A stretch of 64,000 nucleotides of DNA from Marsupella aquatica. Taxonomy: Eukaryota > Plantae > Marchantiophyta. The notes beneath the pieces were generated by a model. That model saw only the letters and a list, made by a program, of their open reading frames with translations. It did no database searches and had not been told where the DNA came from. Below, piece by piece: positions 12,891-26,364 of this stretch; position 1 is the stretch's first letter, and each line of letters begins with the position of its first letter. A program made the translations under genes and the position numbers. The stretch spans positions 9,670,287-9,734,286 of the forward strand of contig OZ316899.1 in NCBI GenBank assembly GCA_973895155.1, written 5' to 3'.

Positions 12891-13579
12891 AGGTTTAGCG
12901 TTTAGGGTATGATTAGACATCTAACATGTATGGTAGTATAAAGATTGGTGGCACTCACATATTAGATTTGAAATACATTTCTAGAGACTTAAAAAATATT
13001 GCTTTTGTTTTGAGTCGCATCCTTGATGTACAACTCAAAGGCTCGATCATCTCTAATATGTATTTATACTTGCACCCATTTTTTGTATATCTCCTATATA
13101 TGCCAGGGACTCCGGAAATGTAATTAATTACCATTGATTTCCTTAAGTTGTATTCACATTCACATATTGGCGTACGGGGGTATGCAAGGTTGTCAAATAA
13201 CACTTTGTGGCGTAAAATAGGGTTTAGGGTCTAGATGCCTATATTTGCTCATGATGTCATTTTTTCCAGTCAGTCGTGTTATTTGCAACCCTAGGGAATC
13301 AATTAGTGTAAACAACCCTAAAACACGTGAGAACAAACCAATAAAATTTGGGAAAATATATTTAATAATAAATTTAATTAAAAACACTCTTATAACCTTT
13401 ATTATAAGACTTTGGAAATTTTTTAAATACATTGATGAATATAAAAAAACAAATTTTACCAAAAATTGGATTTTTAAATGCCTTTAGTAGAAGTGTTATA
13501 TTATAATTATTATCCCTACAAGATTGAAAATTAACCTTCATTAATTTGTTTGCACCCCGTTCTAATAATCCAACAAGTG

Positions 13580-16500
13580 ATTCCCCAGGGATTTGCAAAG
13601 GCTTCCAAGTCATTTTTGCTTTGACTCAACTTTCTAGTCATTTGACAAGTGCTGCTAGACATCATTTATGCATCATTTGGGCAGTCAATGTTGTGGTCAT
13701 GTATGCCATGCACAATATGACTACTAAGAGCTTTAGGTGGCTGATTGCCTATATTGGTGATAAGGGCCGGCCATTAAGGATGCTATCCACCCCACATGGT
13801 GCAAGATAGGGTACTTGTCAACCCTGTGCCACTAATCATGTCACTTTGCCTCCTGAAGGTATTTTGTAGCCAAATTTTTGCACCAAGCAAGGGCATCACC
13901 CAACTTTGGGCAAAACACTCCCAAATTGTATGACTTTGGAGTGATTTGCCCAAAGGACTGCAAACAACTCCCATTTAGTCATTCACAAGGGATTTAGAGT
14001 CATTTGTGCGAGTGACTAAGGGTTTTGGTCATTTATGTAGTATTGGAAGACGTCATTTATGCAAATGACACAAAAATATGTCATTCATGATGTCAATGTT
14101 GCAATCATGCATGCCCGGGGTAATATGACTCATTGGGGCTTCCCGGGGATGGTTGACCATATGCGTGATTGTAGCCCACCAGTAGGGATGCTACCCACCC
14201 CCACATGGTGCGGGATAGTGTAGTTGTCAGCCTTGGGCCACTAGTCATGCCACTTTGCCTCCTGAAGGTTTTTTGTAGCCAACGTTTTGCACCAAGCAAG
14301 GGCATCACCCAACTTTGGGCAAAACACTCCCAAGTTGTATGACTTTGGAGTGATTTGCCCAAAGGGCTGCAAACAACTCCCATTTAGTCATTTGCAAGAG
14401 ATTTAGAGTCATTTGTGCGAGTGACTAAGGGTTTTGGTCATTTATGTAGTGTTGGAAGACGTCATTTATGCAAATGACACAAAAATATGTCATTCATGAT
14501 GTCAATGTTGCAATCATGCATGCCATGGGTAATATGACTCATTGGGGCTTCCGGGGATGGTTGACCATATGCGTGATTGTAGTTCACCAGTAGGGATGCT
14601 ACCCACACCCACATGGTGCGGGATAGTGTAGTTGTCAGCCCTGGGCCACTAGTCATGCCACTTTGCCTCCTGAAGGTTTTTTGTAGCCAACGTTTTGCAC
14701 CAAGCAAGGGCATCACCCAACTTTGGGCAAAACACTCCCAAGTTGTATGACTTTGGAGTGATTTGCCCAAAGGGCTGCAAACAACTCCCATTTAGTCATT
14801 TGCAAGAGATTTAGAGTCATTTGTGCGAGTGACTAAGGGTTTTGGTCATTTATGTAGTGTTGGAAGACGTCATTTATGCAAATGACACAAAAATATGTCA
14901 TTCATGATGTCAATGTTGCAATCATGCATGCCCGGGGTAATATGACTCATTGGGGCTTCCCGGGGATGGTTGACCATATGCGTGATTGTAGCCCACCAGT
15001 AGGGATGCTACCCACCCCCACATGGTGCGGGATAGTGTAGTTGTCAGCCTTGGGCCACTAGTCATGCCACTTTGCCTCCTGAAGGTTTTTTGTAGCCAAC
15101 GTTTTGCACCAAGCAAGGGCATCACCCAACTTTGGGCAAAACACTCCCAAGTTGTATGACTTTGGAGTGATTTGCCCAAAGGGCTGCAAACAACTCCCAT
15201 TTAGTCATTTGCAAGAGATTTAGAGTCATTTGTGCGAGTGACTAAGGGTTTTGGTCATTTATGTAGTGTTGGAAGACGTCATTTATGCAAATGACACAAA
15301 AATATGTCATTCATGATGTCAATGTTGCAATCATGCATGCCATGGGTAATATGACTCATTGGGGCTTCCGGGGATGGTTGACCATATGCGTGATTGTAGT
15401 TCACCAGTAGGGATGCTACCCACACCCACATGGTGCGGGATAGTGTAGTTGTCAGCCCTGGGCCACTAGTCATGCCACTTTGCCTCCTGAAGGTTTTTTG
15501 TAGCCAACGTTTTGCACCAAGCAAGGGCATCACCCAACTTTGGGCAAAACACTCCCAAGTTGTATGACTTTGGAGTGATTTGCCCAAAGGGCTGCAAACA
15601 ACTCCCATTTAGTCATTTGCAAGAGATTTAGAGTCATTTGTGCGAGTGACTAAGGGTTTTGGTCATTTATGTAGTGTTGGAAGACGTCATTTATGCAAAT
15701 GACACAAAAATATGTCATTCATGATGTCAATGTTGCAATCATGCATGCCATGGGTAATATGACTCATTGGGGCTTCCCGGGGATGGTTGACCATATGCGT
15801 GATTGTAGTTCACCAGTAGGGATGCTACCCACCCCCACATGGTGCGGGATAGTGTAGTTGTCAACCCTGGGCCACTAGTCATGCCACTTTGCCTCCTGAA
15901 GGTTTTTTGTAGCCAACGTTTTGCACCAAGCAAGGGCATTACCCAACTTTGGGCAAAACACTCCCAAGTTGTATGACTTTGGAGTGACTTGCCCAAAGGG
16001 CTGCAAACAACTCCCATTTAGTCATTTGCAAAGGTTTTAGAGTCATTTGTGCGAGTGACTAAGGGTTTTGGTCATTTATGTAGCGTTGGAAGACGTCATT
16101 TATGCAAATGACACAAAAATATGTCATTCATGATGTCAAAGTTGCAATCATGCATGCCATGGATAATATGACTCGTTCAGGCCTCCGGGGGCTGATTGGC
16201 CATATGCGTGATTGTAGCCCACCAGTAGGGATGCTACCCACCCCCACATGGTGCGGGATAGTGTACTGGTCAGCCTTGGGGCAATAGTCATGCCACTTTG
16301 CCTCCTGAAGGTTTTTTGTAGCCAAATTTTTGCACCAAGCAAGGGCATCACGCAACTTTGGGCAAAACACTCCCAAGTTGTATGACTTTAATGTAATTTA
16401 CCCAAAGGGGTCCAAATCATTGGCATTTTGTCATTTGTGAGTGTGACTCAATATTTTGGTCAATTTTGGAGTGCAAAGAGACGTCATTTATGCAATTGAC

Positions 16501-17240
16501 ATGACAACACGTCATTTGGGATGTCAATGTCATGGTGATGTATTTCATGCTGAATATGACTCATAAGGGTCTGGAGGGGATGATTGGCAATATTGGTGGT
16601 AGGAGGCGGCCATTAAGGATATTACATAGCCAACTTTGCCTCCACAACCATTTTTGAAGCCCAGTTTCTGCCACATGGAATAGAACCACTCTACTTTTGG
16701 AAAAACACTCCCAAGTTGTATCACTTTGGAGTGACTTGCCCAAAGTGGTACAAAACACTCTCATTTTGTCATTTGCAGGGGATGCAAAGTCATTTGTGCA
16801 TTTGACTCAATTTTGTCATTTGTTGAGTGCTGCAAGAAGTAATTGGAGAAAATGATTATCATAATGGCAAGAGTCATTTACCGTGTTAACCCCCAGGTCA
16901 ATGCTGTCAAGAAAAGAAGACTGGACTTTGGGGAGATTTTCACAAGGTGGTGCCAGGTGCTTTTATTTGGTCATTTGTAAGAATTTTTGAGTCATTTGTG
17001 CATGTGACTCAATTTTGTAGTCATTTATCAAGTCTCCTGAGACGTCATATTTGTGAATGACTGCAAAAGGAGTCATTTGACAAGTCAATGCCTTTGTCAT
17101 TTATGCACATCACAATATGGCTTTGGCCCTGACTGCATAATTATTGGCGATAGGGGGGTACGCCAGGGTGGGTGCAAGCCCTACATTAAGGATGCCACTC
17201 ACCCCACATGGTGTGGGATAGGGTTACATTGTCTATTCAC
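13580..17240. repeat. Tandem satellite, 408/409-bp monomer, ~9 units, with an 817-bp dimer in the core
   Basis: AGACGTCATTTATGCAAATGACAC at ~14048, 14457, 14865, 15274, 15682 and 16091, with degenerate copies at both edges. Identical spurious ORFs recur every 817 bp. Confidence 0.95.
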
Positions 17241-20200
17241 CCTGGTCCCCTCCCACCTTGCATTTATTTTGGAGGGTTGGGGGGGTATTTAATTTAATAT
17301 ATTCTTTTGAAGGTGGGTTGAATCTTATCTGGTTGGGGCAAATTTGATATATTTAACTTAGCTACAATTGTGGGAATGTCATCTAACTGAAGCTAAGAGT
17401 TTAACTTGAAGTTATGGGTTTATCTACAGTCGGATTGGGAAGGGGGTTCAGAGTTTGGCCTCTAGTGAACGGCCCACAAAGGTTTTGTATGTTGATTAAG
17501 ATGTTCTGATAGAACTTCAATCTTAGGTTTTAGATGCTTCAGTAGCACATTGTTTTGACAAGTACCCTAAATCCAAAAACAAAGCCTGAGCCTGGAGGAA
17601 TTCAAGTTACTAGTTCAACATTTGCACAGTCAACTTGCCCATTTACATGCTCAAGACCTGTAAGTGACCTGTAAGTCAAGACTTACACTTGTCTAAATTT
17701 CCTTTTCTAGCTCAGCTTGTGCATCCAACTCTTCACACTACGAAGGTCATTCAAATTTGACTTAATTAGGTATCAACAGGGGTCTAAAACATGCCTTTAC
17801 ACTAGCTTACACTCCGTCTTACAGGTCTGTAAAGTTGGGTTTCATGGTGTAACCCTTACTTCCCGCCTCTTATTTCAAACTCTACTCTCTCCACAAACTT
17901 GACGCACTCTCACGCGCATCAACTTTGTTAGCTCTCTAGCTATGGCTGCCCTTCAGAAATTATGGAGCTCTTCCACTGATCGGGTTCCTCTCGATTCAAA
18001 TACTCCCGATGGCCCGCTCGATGGAATGTACTAAGAACTCTACTAAAAAATCTTTTGATTTGCAATGTTTGTTTCCTCCCTGTCGGCCTTCCTCATTTCT
18101 TGAATTTGAATGCCTTGCTAGTAGATTTGGGAGCAGTGTGACCAATGTCCGCACACTTTATTCTAATTACCAGCTGTGCTTTCGCTCTCTAATTCAATCT
18201 TCAAATAGACCCAAGCATGTTGCCATCTACGCCCACGATACTCAGTCTTTTTTAGTTTGACTTGAACATGGATGCTGCCAAACAGTTCTTGCACGAGGCT
18301 CAATCCTCGACCAATTCTTTCCACCTCCATGACTGAGTGCCCCAAAAGCTTTGCCTCTTGCTGTCGCTCCGCTGCACCCCAAGCTCAATGATATTGTAAT
18401 CCCGATTGTAATGTGCCAGGGCTCGGCCTCCAGCCTTTCCTCCATTGCATGTACTCTGCGGCCCCCGCTGCGGCCAAAGCTCCTTTGATGTTGAAATGTG
18501 CCAGTGTGACTGAAGTCTGTGATTCATGTCGCTGGCCAGTGGAGTCTGCGTTTTGCCCTTCCAAAGGTCTGTTTTTAACCTCTCTAATTCGTGGAAGTAG
18601 CATTCTTTGAACTTGGAGGAAGGGACCTTCAATGTGTGTTGAAGACTGGAGATCAAAAGTGGAGACTGGAACATAGCTTGCTTGCTTTGATCTTTCTGAG
18701 GTGATCTGTTAACATTAATGCGTTGAGCTCTATGAGCAGTTGAAGACCTCAAAGTTGACGCCCAAGATGTTCCCAGTGTTATGATTGTTTTGCAGTTTGA
18801 TTCCCCCGGGCAAATTTTGGGGAGATGATGAAAGAATTTCTCTTTCAATAAGCTTTTTAGTGCCGTTCTAGATATTGTAGGGTTTTGTCTGGCTTTGTCC
18901 TATGGAATATACAGGTTGATAGACGGGGTAGGTCCCGGTGTCAATTTTCAACATTAAGGCTTGAAATTGCCGTTCGAAGATTTATATATCCTGGTTCAAT
19001 GACAATGTTTATGTGGAATCTAGAGTCTTGTTGTTGATGCTAGACAACGTACACTGCCAACTCGCTCTTCTCCCTGGCGATTCCTACTTGTTTTTTGTAG
19101 GTGGCTTTTGGTTTGATAAAGCAAGATAGGTGGAACCCTATCTCCCTATCAATTATGGTGAGGGGATAGGAATCTTTGACTCTTTTTGTTGGCAGCTTTT
19201 TGTTCAGTAATTTTTGTTGGCACTTGTCTCAATGATTAGGTTTTCTTGAAACTGCTCCACGTTAACATCTCCAAGGAATCAAGAGTCTACTTCAGAATCA
19301 GATTTTGTTCTTATCAATGCACATTCTAACCCAAGTGGAGGTAAATAATGGATGCTCAGGATCTCCAAAGCACTCTAGGCTGCTGTGCATCAAAGATAGA
19401 GAAAAGGGGAATGAAGGTTGGCGATGGGAGATATAGTGGAGTGCAGCACAGGCCGTGGAATTGTTTTGCTGCCAAGTTTTGAGATCCAAACAAAAAGGAG
19501 AGGAAGGCTGCGCATGTTGCTTCAATTCAATGCCCAAAAACCCTGCTTTGCCTTGATTTGTCAATGCATTCTCCCTGGTATGCAGTCCGGTACCTGCACC
19601 ATCTGCAGAATATTTTAATAATGTGGACACTCGTTTCTTGATTGTATTTAGACCTGGAATGGCTTCTTTTATTTGGCAGAATGGATGCCAGGCTGCTGCA
19701 ACTAGTCGTTGTGTGCAAGAAAAGAGGATGCATGAAATTACTTTCACATTGTAACTGGTCATGATTAATTTGAAGCTTTCAGTAGCTGGGAAATGTATCA
19801 AAAATGCAGAGGCATCTAGGCTGGATGAAAAATTTTGTTTGAAAATATTCTAATTAATACTAGTTCACGGCCTCTTGAATGACAGATGCTGTGATGTAAA
19901 TAATGTTCTTTGTACATTGCACTCAAAATGAGCGTCTTTGTAGTTAATTTTGACCGTATGAATATTTGGGGTAGGATGAGACTAGGGCTAGTGCTGCTCA
20001 TAGAGTTCATCAAAAGGCCGTTGAATCATTTTTAATTTCTGTTTCAAAGTTCAATGGAGGACAGGAAGCACTGTTGACGACAGACTTTGTTGCACATGCA
20101 TACTTCTAAGTGGAAATCTCTATAATTAGCAGGAGAAATGAAATGGCTTTCCTGCTTTAGTTGTTCTTTGCTCTATTTTTCCTACTTTCAAGAGGAGATG

Positions 20201-20623
20201 CTTCTGAATGTCTGGAGAGTGGAGAGAGATCTAGCCACTTGCCTATGTTAGACAAACTTACAGTGCCAAGTCGCTCTTATACTGGCTATTTCTACAGTAG
20301 TTATTTTTTGTAGGTGGCTTTTGGTCTGATAGAACAAGATAGTTGGAACCCAACTGCCTTGCCTTCGGTTACAATTTTGGAAGTCATGATGTCATCTTTT
20401 GGCTTTGGGATCTTTCATTCTCAGCCTGCACAAAATTATCTTACAAGTGTCGGTTGCGGTGAGGTGATAGGCTAGGAATCTTTGAAGCTTTTTGTTTGCA
20501 GCTATTTGTTCAGTGCCTTGTGTTGGCAGCTTTTTGTTTAGTATACAGGTATTTTTTGAATGTTATAATGTGCACTTTATTATGCATCATTCTCATGCGT
20601 GACAAAAATTTCCTATGTTGCAG

Positions 20624-21292
20624 GCTGATGCTAAGGATGAGTACACGGACCCAGCCAGAATTCAAAATGTAATGAAAACTTATTCTCATTTCATTTCAAT
20701 CCCAATCTACACCTATCAAGAAAATTCAAGGACAAAAGAGGTAACAAGAGCAGTGCCATATTGTGCTTGTGCTCTGTGTATCCTCCATGGGCTGCTACTC
20801 ATCCTTGTAAATGATTACTTGCTTGGATAGGTTGAAGATTAAGAATCGGCTTCTCCTGAAGGTGCCTCCAAGGAAGCTACTAAGGTAGGGTCTGAATGAA
20901 TGTTTTGTCCCCATGGAATTTTACGTCCACATATGATTGGATCAAATCATTTGTAATATGATTGTCATATTGTTCTACTTTTCTTTTGGAATTCTTACGA
21001 AAGAATGATGTGGCCTGTGCATAAGAAGACAAAGAAAGTCAGAGAAATATTGGGATTGGGAGCTGCTGACAAATGAGACAAAACACCTTTGGGTGAGTCA
21101 GTTTACTGTTCAAGATACCTGGTTTTACTAATTATACTGTTTGTTTGAGAATGTTTCATTCAGGCAGTAACCGAATATATTTGTTGACGTATTTTTAACA
21201 GTTCAGGTCAGAAAAGGATGTCACGAAGGCAGGACTCCAATGGGTTCTTCAAGAGTACATTTGGGGATTTCTTAGAAGCAATGGCTTATACT
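20624..21292 (+). pseudogene. HSP90: Captured organellar-type HSP90 fragment (4 exons with introns)
   Basis: ADAKDEYTDPARIQNVMKTYSHFISIPIYTYQENSRTKE | VED*ES... | KKTKKVRE.YWDWEL.NETKHLW | FRSEKDVTK...STFGDFLEAMAYT matches the charged-linker/middle region of plastid/mitochondrial HSP90. Contains a stop and frameshifts. Confidence 0.85.
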
Positions 21293-22419
21293 TTTTATAT
21301 GCCCGGTATACTCAATATTGTTGTGGATTGACAGTGATATCGTATATGAGTTGTAAATGGGGGCATTTATAAAATCGTTGGGGCCTGCCCAGCTTTTTTA
21401 ACTTTCAAATATCAAATTCCTTCCCTACTGTGATCAGCTGGCAGGTGCTCAGTGCTCTCCATCAGCACATCTGTGGGTGGAACCAGTGACAGTTCTTATC
21501 AAGAGGAGGGCCAAAATAATTCTTCAAGCCCGGGAAATGTTTGGAACAAGGCAAGGTTTAAGTCATGTGCTATTTAAGTGATACTTAAGTGATATACCGG
21601 TGCTGTTTTGTCCTTCTTCACCATTTGTATCACTTGTACAAATTAAAATAAGTTCTATTTTCCTCTTAATACTTGTAGTTTTGATTCTCAAGTTGGCATG
21701 GCAAAGTTGGGATTAATTCTTGGAGAATTACAGTAATTTGTCATGCAGGAGAAGAAATCTTTGAGAAGATAGTGCAACTGGTATGCTCCAATTGTTAAAT
21801 TGAGCTCATTATATTCCTTTGCCCAGGTGAATAATGTTTCCAACAGAGCCTTTGCCTGGTGAATTCTCATTTTGTTTAATCAATTGAAGCCAGACTTCCT
21901 AACAATCATTTCACATAATACAGATTGATGCAGATGATGTCTCACAACTCCCGTGTGTGATTACAGCACTACCATTACATCAATTTTACATGCATCATGT
22001 CTTGCTATGATCAATTTCTGGTGAGCTGTGAAATCACTCCTAGAGCACATTTGACAGGAGCAGAAGCTAGTTTGAGGCCAAAATAGGATTACTTAGATGG
22101 TCAGGATTTCCCTCATACTCTATTGACAGTGTGACCTGAAATGTAAAGTTATATGAGATAATCAAAACATTTGGATTCTTTCAATATGAGACCTAAGAGC
22201 TATCATTTTGTTATTGAGTTATTTTTATTATGAATGTCATCTGAATGATGATTGTGTGAATTTCACTTCTTCTGTTATTGTTAGTGTTCCAGTCATTGTG
22301 ATGTAAACGGGGATGTGAAGTGCTTGCATTTTTAATATCATTATTGACATGTTGTAGATTTCACTTTGAATACATTGAATGTGTACAATGTCTCTTTATG
22401 AAGTAACCCTAAAACTTGA

Positions 22420-22955
22420 AATAGCTCCAATGACATCTGAAATGACATTACCTAATGACAGTTCATATGACAATCCTAATTGACATGGCATATGATGTCT
22501 TAAAATGACACCCTATGTGACACCCTTTATGACACCCCATATGACTGTCAACATGACTCCATAAATGACTACATGTGTCACACCATGTGCCACAACAGTA
22601 TTGGTTGAATATTATGTCATTTATGACATGTCTTAAATGACTTATAATGATGACATTATGTAAGCTCACATATTTGCCACGTGTTGTAGTATCATTCATT
22701 CAGATGTGTGTCATTTGGAATGTCATTAAAGACATGAATAAATGACTGACGGCCGTTCATTCAGCCATTTTGGACACCATGTCATTTCAGAAATTGTGTG
22801 TCATTTAGGACAACCATAAATGACTGATGAGAATTTTAGTCATTTGTCTTAATTGACTGTCCTAAAAGACGAGGCAGGTATGACAGAAAAACTCTAGTCA
22901 TAAAATGGTATAAATGACTTCTTTGCCAGTCCTCATTACAGTCCTTAAAGACACT
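22420..22955. repeat. CACTA right subterminal ATGAC/GTCAT repeats
   Basis: Dense ATGACA/TGTCAT motifs next to the right TIR. Confidence 0.75.
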
Positions 22956-23280
22956 ATTTTCCACTAGTGTATGGGAACAAGCTAACGCAAAATTTGAGAT
23001 GGAGTGTGATGAGTACTAGGAGTTTCACGTTTTGAAGGGTAAGATGTTTTGGGTGTTTGATGGAAATCATCGCCTGAATGCATGGAGACAAGTGGTTGAA
23101 GAGTATCCTGACGAGCAGAAGTACCACCTTTGCGTGAGATTCTCTCTTCTACAGCCTCAAAAACAAGGATTCAGGAAGATTGAGCAGGCAATGCACGGCC
23201 TTAATGCGTAAGTTTCCACCCCCTTGGTTTTTGGTTGTTCTTGCATTTGTTGTTCTTTTGCACCTACATAGGCAATCCTG

Positions 23281-23550
23281 TCTTGGAGAGGCTCTCTGAG
23301 ATAGATACACACACACATGCAATGTTAGGGATCTCAAAATGCTATCTCGGAGAGGTTCTCTGAGATAGAAAGAACCTTCCCTTCTTGGAGAGCCTCTCCG
23401 AGATATCAATGCCTTCTTGGAGAGCAATGCCTTTTTGGAGAGCCTCTCCAAGACATCCATGCCTTCTTGGAGAGCCTATCCGAGATATCCATGCCTTCTT
23501 GGAGAGCCTCTCCAAGATATCCATGCCTTCTCGGAGAGCCTCTACAAGAG
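23281..23550. repeat. Intronic array of the palindrome TCTCGGAGAG-S-CTCTCCGAGA (~32-bp period)
   Basis: About 7 degenerate copies in intron 1 of the copy-1 gene. One more copy lies in intron 2 (~24931). Confidence 0.85.
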
Positions 23551-25084
23551 AGATGTAATTTTCTTGTACATAGCCTTTGACGCCAACATTTGTTGCTTCT
23601 TTTACGCAGGATAAGCACAAATGTTGTGCAAACATCTTGGTTAACCAATGCAGACAAGGTGAAGAAGTTGTTGATGACACCTTTGGAGGAGTATCATACA
23701 TTGCTTCATCCGGATGGTTATGCTAGATTCTTAGCAGCAAGAAACCATGGGCATGGAAAGACATGGTATAGCAAGTGCATGACAAAGGATGCTACTGTGT
23801 ACATCATGTCGTGGAATAATATTGAAGATGGGAGGATTCGTCTTGCGAAGGAGATGGCAGTCGATGCTGCAATTGGCCATGCCTGGAGTTCGGATAAGTT
23901 CCAAAAGGAAACCACACTCATGATGAGTGAAGCCTGTAGGTCTTGGGAGGGCAAAATGCAGAAGTTTTCTCAGATTGTCAATCCAGCAAATGGAGAGGAA
24001 TTTTTGGAGATTGCCGAGGAGCTGCACTAGTTGCAGAGTAAACAGAAAGATCGGCCACAAGTGCAACTGGGGTTGGATCGAGTTAAATTGTTTGCAAGTG
24101 CGGTGATGCCTATTGAGTGTCGAAACAAATTACTCCGCGTTCATTTCTCAACCGCGGAGGAGAAGAAGCGACACCACCATCCAGATGTATATGGTGATTC
24201 AGCAGTGAGAGCTTGGTTGCTAGTGTGGTCAATGTGGTGTTACATTGCCCATGTTGGCAGTTTGATTATGTCAGAGTTTTCCAAGAGTGCATATGATTCT
24301 GGTGAGTGGCAGAACTTCAATGGAAGCAAAGACGAGTTTGTTGAGTTTCACAACAAGATGTACAAGCAATTTGTATAGACTCGGTCCTATGAGGAGGGCA
24401 AGAAGATGTGGAATCCAGCAAAGCAAAGCAAAGACTGTGGAGGAAGCGTGCAAAGAGGTGTGTGGTCAGATATTTACTTCATCAGGAGAGCATTGAAGCC
24501 TATACTTTCAAAGTGTTACCAAGTGCTCTGACTGCATGGATGACGGAGAAAGGCCCTCTATCAATGTATCCAACAGATGGGCTGAAGCCAGCAGCAAGAG
24601 TATTTTCAGACTGGGAGAGATAAAATTGTCCATGGTTCATAAAGTTCAATGATTGGAATGAGTTCATTACGCCTAAAGAGAAGGAAGCTGCCAACCTCCT
24701 AAAGGAGGGGAAACTACCAGCCAACCTTTTTGCGCCTTCAAAGTTGGCAGATCTTGAGCAGTCAACAAAGGCTGCATTGGACTTGGAGGCCATTTTGCCT
24801 CTTGGAGAGCCAGAGTATGATGGGAAGAAGGTTCGGGGGAAGAAAGAAAAGGAATCAGAAGACACCACCTTAGAACAAGGCACTCCTGGTAAGGTTTACA
24901 CCCTAGCTTGCATTGTACATCTGACCTATGTTTGAGAGCCTCTCCAAGATAGTATCATTGTAAAATGTATACTAAACTCCTCACTTTGTTCTGCAGAAAA
25001 AAGTAAAGAAAAGTTTGGAACCCCAGGGTCTACCTCAAGCAAACATCGTCCGATGGATGAGAAGATGGAGCCGAGAAAGACCAG

Positions 25085-25270
25085 GGACAATGGAGAGGAG
25101 GATGAGAAAGCGGCGAGTGGGGACAATGGAGGGGAGGATGAGAAAGGGGCAAGTAGGGACAATGGAGAGGAGGATGAGAAAGCGGCAAGTGGCGACAATG
25201 GAGAGGAGGATGAGAAAGCAAGTGGGGACAATGGAGAGGAGGATGAGATGGCCACCGGGGACAATGCAGA
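25085..25270 (+). repeat. Coding minisatellite (33-36 bp; GDNGEEDEKAAS)
   Basis: GGGACAATGGAGAGGAGGATGAGAAAGC repeated 5-6 times within exon 3. Confidence 0.85.
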
Positions 25271-26014
25271 GGGCCATGAGGAGGAGGAGGAGCCTGACCT
25301 TTCAACCCCAAGCGGGACCCCGAGTGGGACCCCAAGCAAACCACAATCTCTGGTAAGCCAACCAGTCGGCCAAAGAAGAAAGCCAAGAAGAGAATAGACG
25401 AACCCACAAAGAAGCCAGTTTCAACAGAAGCCTCGGGAATTCCGGAGGATGATCTTTGCAAAATTCTTGGAGTACCTTGGCCCTCTCATGCTATTACATC
25501 TGCCCTGAAAAAGAGCATATGACCTTACTAGAGTGTTCTTCTTGGCTGAAGGACAAATACCAGCCAACGGGAAAGTTGCCTCTCCCTCCATTCATGGGGG
25601 AATTCCGGGACTGGTGTAAGAAATTGAAGTTGGTTGGCTTGCAAAAACAAGGTTGGATAGTTGATGGTGTACCTAAGGGCCATGGTTGTGATATGATCTT
25701 TGTTCAGCTAGGGACAGATTATCGCATAGCACAGGCTGAAAATAATGTTGTGGTGTGGAATAGATTTTGGCTCAGTGACCTAGAAGTGGCGACGACATTG
25801 GCAGACTCTCTACTCACAAACGACGGTTTCCTGTGCATCATGCACAGTGGTTCATTTGCCCACACAGGCTCATTCTTTGAGTACCTTCACATTGACTAGG
25901 TTGAGAAGTTGGATCACATTAACTCATTCACCATTTGGAACGACACACCTTGCTACATGGCGTCAAGCAAAAAAGCTGTAAGTTCACTTCAATTTTGGCA
26001 TTTCAATAGAAGTC

Positions 26015-26364
26015 ATCTCGGAGAGGCTCTCCGAGATAGTTAAAAAATGTGTCTGCAATTACCATCTCGGACACCCTCTCCCATATGGGTAAGATTGATC
26101 TCGGGGAGGCTCTCCAAGATAGGTAGGATCAATCTCAAAGAGCCTGATCCATCTCGGAGAGGCTCTCTGAGATAGGTAGGAGAACCTCTCTCAAATAGGT
26201 AGCATGGATCTCGGAGAGCCTCTCTGAGATAGGTAGGATCCATCTCGGAAAGTCTCTATGGGATAGGTAGCATGGATCTTGGAGAGCCTCTCTGAGATAG
26301 GTAGGATCCATCTTGGAGAACCTCTCTAAGATAGGTAGCATGGATCTCGGAGAGCCTCTCTGAG
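26015..26364. repeat. 34-bp palindrome-bearing tandem repeat (intron 3), left part
   Basis: ATCTCGGAGAGCCTCTCTGAGATAGGTAG(GATCC/CATGG) units. The array resumes at 46797 after the solo LTR. Confidence 0.9.

Larger units (their letters stand above)
8215..22969. mobile_element. Non-autonomous CACTA (Pack-type) element
   Basis: TIRs CACTAGTAGAAAAT / ATTTTCCACTAGTG. 3-bp TSD TAT (8212-8214 and 22970-22972). Dense ATGAC/GTCAT subterminal repeats. No transposase seen. Confidence 0.92.
7776..25977 (+). pseudogene. ParB/Srx-like + MTase-like TE accessory gene, copy 1. Exons 7776-8214 + 22973-23207, 23610-24888 and 24997-25977; last exon missing
   Basis: Removing the CACTA insertion rejoins WDPL|WEQANAKFE...FWVFDGNHRLNAW. 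GT-AG introns 23208-23609 and 24889-24996, plus a donor at 25978, match the introns of the MULE copy. Several premature stops. Confidence 0.8.

Noticed and set aside
12890-13325. TTTAGGG/AACCCTA telomere-like motifs
   Set aside because: Isolated one- or two-unit matches, not an array.
13783-16764. Repeated MGVVCSPLGKSLQSH... ORFs
   Set aside because: By-products of the satellite; the frame changes with a 1-bp indel between monomers.
17942-18860. Possible decayed ORF (LINE ORF1-like) in the Pack-CACTA
   Set aside because: Many stops and no motif I can confidently recognise.
20615-21292. Functional HSP90 gene
   Set aside because: Only a mid-gene fragment with a stop and frameshifts; no ATPase or C-terminal domain.
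26015-26364. CRISPR-like appearance of palindromic 34-bp repeats (also 46797-46961 and 59050-59600)
   Set aside because: No unique spacers and no cas genes; these are simple tandem units in a eukaryotic intronic or intergenic context.
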